From positions 2,534,654 through 2,567,874 of the forward strand of contig CP070654.1 in assembly GCA_020354785.1 (NCBI GenBank): a stretch of 33,221 bases of DNA, written 5' to 3'. The DNA comes from Bacteroidales bacterium (GTDB taxonomy: Bacteria > Bacteroidota > Bacteroidia > Bacteroidales > UBA10428). Made by a program: the position numbers and the translations under genes. Under the pieces are notes generated by a model that saw nothing but the letters and a program-made list of their open reading frames with translations, ran no database searches and was not told the origin of the DNA. Shown here one piece after another: positions 26,623 through 33,221 of this stretch (the stretch's first letter is position 1; each line of letters starts with the position of its first letter).

Positions 26623-27369
26623 ATGAATCCGGAAGATTTAAAAAAGCTGTTACAAGAAGTTAAAGACGGAGAGTTAGATATTGACAAGGCACTTAACCAG
26701 CTGAGAGATTTCTCATATAAAGACCTGGGGCATACAAAAATAGATAATCACCGTGAATTGCGAACCGGTTATCCGGAAGTTATCTTCTGTTCAGGTAAAA
26801 CAGTAGAACAGGTACAGGACATCATAAGCCACATGCTTAAAAAGAAAAATAATATTCTTGCAACCAGGGCTACCAAAGAAATGTTTGATGCTGTTCAGCA
26901 AATTTGCGGTGACGCAAGATTTAACACTGCAGCAAAGACAATTACTATTAAAAGAAAAGACTTAAAAATACCTGATACTACTATTTCTGTTGTATCTGCC
27001 GGAACTTCTGATATGCCGGTTGCAGAAGAAGCAGCTGTCACTGCAGAGTTCTTCGGGAATAAAGTACATCGTGTTTTTGATGCAGGTGTTGCAGGCATTC
27101 ACCGCTTGTATGATAAATTTAAAGAGATCCGTAAATCCAGGGTAATAATTGTTGTTGCCGGAATGGAAGGCGCCCTTCCCAGTATAGTAAAGGGACTGGT
27201 TGACAAACCCGTTATTGCTGTTCCGACAAGCATAGGATACGGGGCAAATTTTAACGGCTTATCTGCCTTGCTTGGGATGCTTACAAGTTGTGCCAGCGGG
27301 GTTACAGTAGTTAATATCGACAATGGATTCGGCGCAGGATTCACTGCAAGTATGATTAATAAGTTATAA
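26623..27369 (+). CDS. larB: LarB, pyridinium-3,5-biscarboxylic acid mononucleotide synthase (PurE-like NaAD carboxylase/hydrolase)
   Basis: The PurE/AIR-carboxylase-like core is ISVVSAGTSDMPVAEEA and VVAGMEGALPSIVKGLVDKPVIAVPTSIGYG. An N-terminal LarB-specific extension is present. Confidence 0.9.
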   Translation: MNPEDLKKLLQEVKDGELDIDKALNQLRDFSYKDLGHTKIDNHRELRTGYPEVIFCSGKTVEQVQDIISHMLKKKNNILATRATKEMFDAVQQICGDARFNTAAKTITIKRKDLKIPDTTISVVSAGTSDMPVAEEAAVTAEFFGNKVHRVFDAGVAGIHRLYDKFKEIRKSRVIIVVAGMEGALPSIVKGLVDKPVIAVPTSIGYGANFNGLSALLGMLTSCASGVTVVNIDNGFGAGFTASMINKL

Positions 27370-30261
27370 ATGCCCTGCTTTTTACAGGATATTGCCGCAC
27401 AAGTATTCTCAACATATAAAGATGATCTGTCGGATATTTGCATTGTTTTTCCCAATAAAAGGGCAAGGCTTTACTTTAATAAGTATCTTTCGGGACTCAC
27501 AGACAAACCTTTATGGGCTCCTGCATACTTTACAATCAATGAATTAATGGAGCATCTATCAGGATTACAGGTTGCTGATCCTGTGACCAGGCTCTTCGAA
27601 TTATATTCATCATTTAAAAAGGTTACTCAGTCGCCTGAAAGTTTTGACAGTTTTTATTTTTATCTGGAAATTCTACTGGCAGATTTTGATGATATTGATA
27701 AAAACCTGGTTGCACCTGAAGATATTTTTCAGAACCTGGCAAAGATTAAGAATATTGAAAATTATTACGACTACCTTACTGATGATCAAATAGAAATAAT
27801 AACCAGGTTCTGGAAAACTTTTGTGCCGGCAAGTATTTCTGAAGATCAGAAGGACTTCCTGTCTTTGTGGGAATCAATGTACAATATATATGCAGCATTT
27901 AACGAAGCCCTCAGAAAAAAGAACCTCGCATATGAAGGCATGGCATACAGAGAAGTAATAAACAGGATCAATTCAAACAAATTAAACAATCATAATGCAG
28001 AAAAGTATATAATTATTGGATTCAACGCTTTAAATAAGTGTGAAAAGCAATTATTCCGTTACCTCAGAAATAAAGGAAAAGCAGAATTTTACTGGGATTA
28101 TGATGATTACTATGTGAATAACACTATACACGAGGCCGGGTATTTCCTGAGAGATAATATTAAAGAATTTCCTGCCCCTTTAAGTTCGCTGAGGCATAAT
28201 AATATCTCAAAAAAGGAAATGGAAATATCATTTATATCAGTACCATCAAATATCGGACAGGCCAAAATAATTTCCCGGTGTTTAAAGAAAATTGGAAAAT
28301 TGCAGGATATAGACATAGACAAAACAGCAATTATTCTGGCCGATGAAAATTTATTATTGCCTGTATTAAATTCAATTCCTGAAGAAATTAATGATATTAA
28401 TGTCTCAATGGGTTATCCCTTCAAAGAGACTCCTGTTTTTAGTTTTATTGCAAAATTAGTGGATATACACCGTAACAGCAGAACAGCCAGTAACGGTAAG
28501 ATACAGGTGTATTATAAAGATGTTATATCATTATTAAAACTTCCTGTTTTAATTGATATAATTCCTGAAGAGATCAGTGAACTGACTCAAAAAATAACAA
28601 GCCGGAACAAAGTATTTATAAATATTGATGATTTAAAAAGCAATGATAAACTGGCGAATGTATTTCTTGAGATAAAGGATCCTAAAAATATACCGGCTTA
28701 TATTCTAAGGATACTTGAAGTAGTAATGGATAGCTATAAACTAAAAAAGGCTGACAGCGGTTCAGAGATAAAGGTTGAACTGGATTTTATTTATCATGCA
28801 TATACTTATATACAGAGACTAAAAGAAATGTTGGAAGAGACCGGAATTGAATTTTCGGCAAATACTATATTTAAACTCCTGATCAACATTTTAAAAAAAC
28901 TAAGCATCCCTTTCAGTGGAGAACCTTTAGCAGGATTACAGGTTATGGGTATTCTTGAAACCCGCACACTGGATTTTGATAATGTAATTATTTTGTCTCT
29001 GAATGAAGGCATTTTCCCGAAATCTCATAATATACCTTCTTTTATCCCTGTTAGCCTGAGGTATGGTTTCGAATTGCCTGTACCTGAACATCAGGATGCC
29101 ATATATGCTTATTATTTCTACAGGTTAATGCAGCGCAGCAAGAATATTTTTCTTGTTTATAATTCCAGGACTGACGGACTCTTCACAGGTGAACGAAGCA
29201 GGTTCCTGCACCAGATATTTTATGAATCGGTATTTAATGTTACAGAGGAAAGCTTTTCTTATGATATTTCACCGGCAGCAAAAAAAACTATTACTGCAAA
29301 GAAGAATATCAATGAATCACATAATTTAAAAGAATATATTAAACAGGATTCAAAGATATGCCTTACACCTAGTGCTGTAAATACGTTTCTGAATTGTTCT
29401 TTAAGATTTTATTTCAGGTATATTGCAGAATTAAGAGAACCTGAAGAAGTAATCGAAGACATTGATCCTGCAATCTTCGGTTCAATATTACATAAATCTA
29501 TTAATATAATCTATAAACCTCATATTAACGACCTGATCAATAAAGATATACTGAATAAGATTGCTGAAAATAAAAGCATTTACGAATCAGCCATAAATGA
29601 TGCATTTCTTTTTGAATATTATAAAGAAAAAGACAGGAAAAATAATCCGGATATAACAGGAAGAAATCTTATTATAAAAGAAGTCATTAGCAAATATGTG
29701 AAACAGATCCTTGATATTGATATGCTTTACTCACCATTCAGGATCATCAGCCTTGAAAAGTACTACACAGCATATTTACCGGTAGAAATTAATAATAATC
29801 CTGAAAAGGTAAGGATTGGAGGTATAATTGACAGGATAGATGAAAAGGATGGAAAAATTAGAATAGTAGATTATAAAACAGGTCAGGCAGAAAATTCTTT
29901 TAAAAGTATAGATTCCCTTTTTGATGAGAAAGGTTCAGAGAGAAACAGTGCTGTTTTTCAGACTTTAATGTATTCATTAATTTACTCATATAATAACAGG
30001 GAATCAGAAATTATTCCTACCCTGTATGTCATCAGAGAAGCGTTTGCTAAAGATTTTGATTTTCGGATTATCTTACACAAGGGAAGGAAGGACAGCCAAC
30101 CGGTAAACAGTTACAGAGTATTATCCGAAGAATTCAGTCACAGGCTAAAACAAACACTTGAGGACTTATATAATGATAAGATGATATTCACTCAAACCGA
30201 TGATCCAAAGGTATGCACATTTTGCCCTTATGCCGGTATTTGTCACAAAGAGGAAGTATAA
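27370..30261 (+). CDS. AddB-like PD-(D/E)XK nuclease with degenerate helicase domains and a 4-Cys iron-staple motif
   Basis: There is no Walker A motif at the N-terminus. The C-terminal nuclease motif is GGIIDRIDEKDGKIRIVDYKTG. Cys in LNCSLRFYF plus CTFCPYAGIC (CxxCxxxxxC) matches the AddB [4Fe-4S] pattern. The ATG directly abuts the larB TAA. Confidence 0.8.
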   Translation: MPCFLQDIAAQVFSTYKDDLSDICIVFPNKRARLYFNKYLSGLTDKPLWAPAYFTINELMEHLSGLQVADPVTRLFELYSSFKKVTQSPESFDSFYFYLEILLADFDDIDKNLVAPEDIFQNLAKIKNIENYYDYLTDDQIEIITRFWKTFVPASISEDQKDFLSLWESMYNIYAAFNEALRKKNLAYEGMAYREVINRINSNKLNNHNAEKYIIIGFNALNKCEKQLFRYLRNKGKAEFYWDYDDYYVNNTIHEAGYFLRDNIKEFPAPLSSLRHNNISKKEMEISFISVPSNIGQAKIISRCLKKIGKLQDIDIDKTAIILADENLLLPVLNSIPEEINDINVSMGYPFKETPVFSFIAKLVDIHRNSRTASNGKIQVYYKDVISLLKLPVLIDIIPEEISELTQKITSRNKVFINIDDLKSNDKLANVFLEIKDPKNIPAYILRILEVVMDSYKLKKADSGSEIKVELDFIYHAYTYIQRLKEMLEETGIEFSANTIFKLLINILKKLSIPFSGEPLAGLQVMGILETRTLDFDNVIILSLNEGIFPKSHNIPSFIPVSLRYGFELPVPEHQDAIYAYYFYRLMQRSKNIFLVYNSRTDGLFTGERSRFLHQIFYESVFNVTEESFSYDISPAAKKTITAKKNINESHNLKEYIKQDSKICLTPSAVNTFLNCSLRFYFRYIAELREPEEVIEDIDPAIFGSILHKSINIIYKPHINDLINKDILNKIAENKSIYESAINDAFLFEYYKEKDRKNNPDITGRNLIIKEVISKYVKQILDIDMLYSPFRIISLEKYYTAYLPVEINNNPEKVRIGGIIDRIDEKDGKIRIVDYKTGQAENSFKSIDSLFDEKGSERNSAVFQTLMYSLIYSYNNRESEIIPTLYVIREAFAKDFDFRIILHKGRKDSQPVNSYRVLSEEFSHRLKQTLEDLYNDKMIFTQTDDPKVCTFCPYAGICHKEEV

Positions 30262-30265
30262 AAAA

Positions 30266-30943
30266 CTAATCATCAAGCAGATCAGGTCTGAGCTTTTTAG
30301 TTTTTTCCATTGATTGCTCCATTCTCCATTTCTCAATTTCTTCTGTGTTGCCTGACAATAGTATTTCAGGGACCTTCCAGCCTTTGTAATTAGCCGGCCT
30401 TGTATATACAGGCGGTGCCAGCAGGTTATCCTGAAATGAATCAGTAAGTGCTGACGTTTCATCTGAAATCACACCCGGCATAAGACGGCACACACTGTCA
30501 GTAATTATAGCAGCAGCGAGCTCCCCTCCTGTTAAAACATATTCTCCTATAGAAATCTCACGTGTAATCAAATGATCCCTTATCCTTTGATCAATTCCTT
30601 TATAATGGCCGCACAGAATTATAAGATTCTTAAGAGTTGAAAGATAATTAGCTGTCTTCTGTGTAAGTCTTTCACCATCGGGTGTTGTATATATTATCTC
30701 GTCATATTCCCGCTCGCTTTTCAATTTGCTAATTAAAATGTCAACCGGCTCGATGCACATAACCATTCCTGCTCCGCCCCCAAAAACATAATCATCTACC
30801 TGCTTATGTTTATTCTGTGAATAATCCCTGATATTATACACATTAACCTCAACCAGACCCTTTTCCCTGGCACGTTTAAGTATTGAATGATCCAGGGGAC
30901 TTTCAAGAAGTCCGGGTAAAATTGTTAAAATATCTATTCTCAT
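30266..30943 (-). CDS. trmD: tRNA (guanine37-N1)-methyltransferase TrmD
   Basis: From the ATG at 30943 the sequence [30 protein letters not shown] is the canonical TrmD N-terminus. It also has [13 protein letters not shown] and [10 protein letters not shown]. The 39-codon upstream extension in the ORF track is not TrmD-like. Confidence 0.9.
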   Translation of the reverse strand: MRIDILTILPGLLESPLDHSILKRAREKGLVEVNVYNIRDYSQNKHKQVDDYVFGGGAGMVMCIEPVDILISKLKSEREYDEIIYTTPDGERLTQKTANYLSTLKNLIILCGHYKGIDQRIRDHLITREISIGEYVLTGGELAAAIITDSVCRLMPGVISDETSALTDSFQDNLLAPPVYTRPANYKGWKVPEILLSGNTEEIEKWRMEQSMEKTKKLRPDLLDD

Positions 30944-31160
30944 AATACTCTTTTCTCCTGGAATTATTATTAAAATCTGTCTCAGACATATAATTACTAG
31001 TAAAAAACTTTGACTATTAGCTGTTAATGTATATTTTCGTAGTCTAATATTAAAAATCAATCATTTGAAAGACTAATAGCAGAGCGCTACGGTCGATAAT
31101 GAACCATTAATCTCTGTTCTTAAAGAACAATTCAGCGAAATTAATTAAAATGCTGAAAAT

Positions 31161-33221
31161 ATGAAGAAGTCTGAAACGTTAAATAAGAAATCTGCTGTTC
31201 TAGTTAAGGATAGTAAGAATATGAAGGAAGAAGAAACAGATAATCCAAAAAAGAAAGATGTTAAGGATTCCAGGTCCTTAAAAGAGAAAGAGTCTAAGCC
31301 AGCTTCCAAAGCTAAGACTAAGAGCAAGTCAGCCTCCGGTTCAAAGACTGCCTCCACAGACAAAAAGTCAAAATCAAAAAAACCTGCCGAAACAAAAGCT
31401 AAAACTACAAAGAGTACAGCAGTAAAAAAACAGGATAAAACCAGTAAGAAGGCTGTCAAAGAAAGTGTGGAAGAACAAAAGGAATCAAAAGACATAGAAC
31501 AGGTATTACCTGAAGACAGGAAAGTAAAAGAAGATAAAAAGACACAAGTACCTGAGGATAAAAAGCAGGAAGATGAGCAGAGAGAGGAAATTATAGACTA
31601 TTCATCCTTAAGTAAGAAAGATCTGGTTGATACGCTTAAGGATATTATCGATAACAAATCTGTGTTGCATATAAAGAATGACGTAGAATTAATAAAAACA
31701 AATTACTATAAAAAACATAAAGCCGATGTTGAGAAAAAGAGGAAGAATTTTTTAAAGGAAGGAGGTGACATTGAAGATTTCAAGGTGGAAGAGGATCCTC
31801 TGGAAAAATTACTCAAAGAATATTTAAAAAAATACAAGGAGATAAAGGCTGAATATAATAAGAAACTGGAAGATGAGAAGCAGGACAACCTGGATAAAAA
31901 ATACCAGATAATTGAAGAAATTAAAGATCTTGTAAATAGGAAGGAATCAATAAATAAGACTTTTCACGAATTCAGGGAATTACAGAAACAATGGAGATCA
32001 ATCGGGCTGGTCCCTCAACAAAATGTTAAAGATTTATGGGAGACCTATCATCACCATGTTGAAGCCTTCTATGATTACATAAAAATCAATAAGGAATTAC
32101 GAGACCTGGATCTTAAGAAGAATCTTGAGTTAAAAATTGAGTTGTGTGAGAATGCCGAAGAGTTATTATTAGAGCCAAATATTATTTCAGCATTTAATGA
32201 ACTGCAGAAATTGCACGAACAGTGGCGTGAGATTGGCCCTGTGCCTGCCGATATGAGAATTGAGATCTGGGAAAGATTCAAAGAAACGACTTCAAAAATA
32301 AATAAGAAACACCAGGAATACTTTCTTAACTTAAAAAAAGAACAGAAGAAAAATCTGGAGGCTAAAAGCGTATTATGTGAAAAGGTTGAGGAGATAAATA
32401 GCCTCATAATTTCAAGTCATAAGGAATGGGAAAACAAATCGAATGAAATAATAGAGCTTCAGAAGGTATGGAAAACAATAGGATTTGCCCCTAAAAAAGA
32501 CAATAATAAAATCTATAACAGGTTTCGTGCAGCATGCGATAACTTTTTTAATAAAAAACGTGAGTTCTATTCACAAAACAGAGAACAACAAAATGACAAT
32601 CTGCAGTTAAAAACAGATCTGTGTGTCCAGGCTGAGGCATTCAAGGACAGTGATGAATGGAAAAAAACTACAGAAGAACTTATCGCTCTGCAAAAAAGAT
32701 GGAAGGAAATCGGACCAGTACCATATAAACATTCTGATAGAATATGGAGAAGATTCAGACAAGCCTGCGATAAATTCTTTGAAAGAAAAGAGACTTATTT
32801 CTCCCAGATTGATAATTCTTACGAGCAAAACTTAAAGAAGAAGGAAGAATTGATAAAAAAAATTGAAAAATTAGCTCTAACTGATAAGGTGGAAGAATGT
32901 TTAAAAAAATTAAAAGAATTCCAGAGAGAATGGGCCGAAATAGGTTTTGTCCCATATAAAAACAAAGATGAAATCCAGGATAAATACAGGAATGCAATCA
33001 ATAAGAAGTTCGATGAATTAAATGTAGATGAAAACCGGAAGAATATCCTCAAATTCAAAACAAAACTGGACAACCTTAAAGGTAAGCCAAATGGTATCCA
33101 GAGAATAAGACAGGAGCGGGATAAATATGCCAGCAAACTTAAACAACTTGAGAATGATATTGTGTTATGGGAGAATAATATAGGTTTATTTACAAAAAGT
33201 AAAAATGCAGAATCAATGATT
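31161..33221 (+). CDS. DUF349-repeat protein (3' end outside the window) with a Lys/Ser/Glu-rich N-terminal tail
   Basis: This ORF is absent from the track because no stop lies in the window. I translated by hand from the ATG at 31161, and the frame stays open for 687 codons to the window edge. DUF349 units recur, such as FRELQKQWRSIGLVPQQNVKDLWETYHHHVEAFYDYI, LHEQWREIGPVPADMRIEIWERFK, LQKVWKTIGFAPKKDNNKIYNRFRAACDNFF, LQKRWKEIGPVPYKHSDRIWRRFRQACDKFF and FQREWAEIGFVPYKNKDEIQDKY. Confidence 0.85.
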   Translation, partial: MKKSETLNKKSAVLVKDSKNMKEEETDNPKKKDVKDSRSLKEKESKPASKAKTKSKSASGSKTASTDKKSKSKKPAETKAKTTKSTAVKKQDKTSKKAVKESVEEQKESKDIEQVLPEDRKVKEDKKTQVPEDKKQEDEQREEIIDYSSLSKKDLVDTLKDIIDNKSVLHIKNDVELIKTNYYKKHKADVEKKRKNFLKEGGDIEDFKVEEDPLEKLLKEYLKKYKEIKAEYNKKLEDEKQDNLDKKYQIIEEIKDLVNRKESINKTFHEFRELQKQWRSIGLVPQQNVKDLWETYHHHVEAFYDYIKINKELRDLDLKKNLELKIELCENAEELLLEPNIISAFNELQKLHEQWREIGPVPADMRIEIWERFKETTSKINKKHQEYFLNLKKEQKKNLEAKSVLCEKVEEINSLIISSHKEWENKSNEIIELQKVWKTIGFAPKKDNNKIYNRFRAACDNFFNKKREFYSQNREQQNDNLQLKTDLCVQAEAFKDSDEWKKTTEELIALQKRWKEIGPVPYKHSDRIWRRFRQACDKFFERKETYFSQIDNSYEQNLKKKEELIKKIEKLALTDKVEECLKKLKEFQREWAEIGFVPYKNKDEIQDKYRNAINKKFDELNVDENRKNILKFKTKLDNLKGKPNGIQRIRQERDKYASKLKQLENDIVLWENNIGLFTKSKNAESMI

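Noticed and set aside
27099-27455. A 118-aa minus-strand ORF spanning the larB/AddB-like junction
   Set aside because: It is antisense to two strongly supported genes and has no motifs or start context.
30944-31060. The N-terminal extension of the trmD ORF (start at 31060), together with similar extensions at 3359, 9339, 9362 and 12650
   Set aside because: The extended segments lack homology-like sequence and, in some cases, use non-ATG starts. Internal ATGs give canonical N-termini or signal peptides.
31145-33136. A series of minus-strand ORFs (31145..31495, 31706..31888, 32075..32407, 32607..32828, 32755..32997, 32819..33136)
   Set aside because: All are antisense to the continuous 687-codon DUF349 reading frame. 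Their Ser/Phe/Leu-rich composition is the complement of the Lys/Glu-rich sense strand.

Overview
This looks like a low-GC chromosomal segment from a Bacteroidota-type genome. Supporting signs are an archaeal/eukaryote-type ProRS, DUF349, WbqC, a TIGR01212 radical-SAM protein, lipoprotein signals, and almost no Shine-Dalgarno sequences. It is densely packed with about 24 genes, mostly housekeeping. I found no CRISPR array, tRNA, rRNA, transposase or integrase. Gene order: fasciclin lipoprotein, single-SIS sugar-phosphate isomerase, small outer-membrane barrel, trpB2 interrupted by one in-frame TAG, galU plus a glucuronokinase-like GHMP kinase, M49-like Zn peptidase, MFS transporter, proS, a very unusual low-complexity lipoprotein (acidic, then Tyr/Gly/Trp/His-rich, then a 13-aa Ser/Arg tandem array) followed by a FadL/PorV-like barrel, WbqC, TIGR01212 radical SAM, an AddA-like helicase-nuclease, a YD-repeat lipoprotein, a NapH-like polyferredoxin, a Tat-signal DUF362 protein, larC-larE-larB, an AddB-like iron-staple nuclease, trmD, and a 3'-truncated DUF349 gene. 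The best candidate for an undescribed system is the larCEB nickel-pincer cofactor operon. No LarA-type client is in view, and it sits back-to-back with a Tat-exported DUF362 protein and a membrane polyferredoxin. This link is inference only. Other notable items are the secreted disordered repeat protein with its barrel partner, a plant-like glucuronokinase/UDP-sugar pyrophosphorylase pair, a composite intergenic repeat family at two loci, and a GC-rich structured intergenic block downstream of proS. All homology calls come from reading motifs in the supplied translations. No database search was run.
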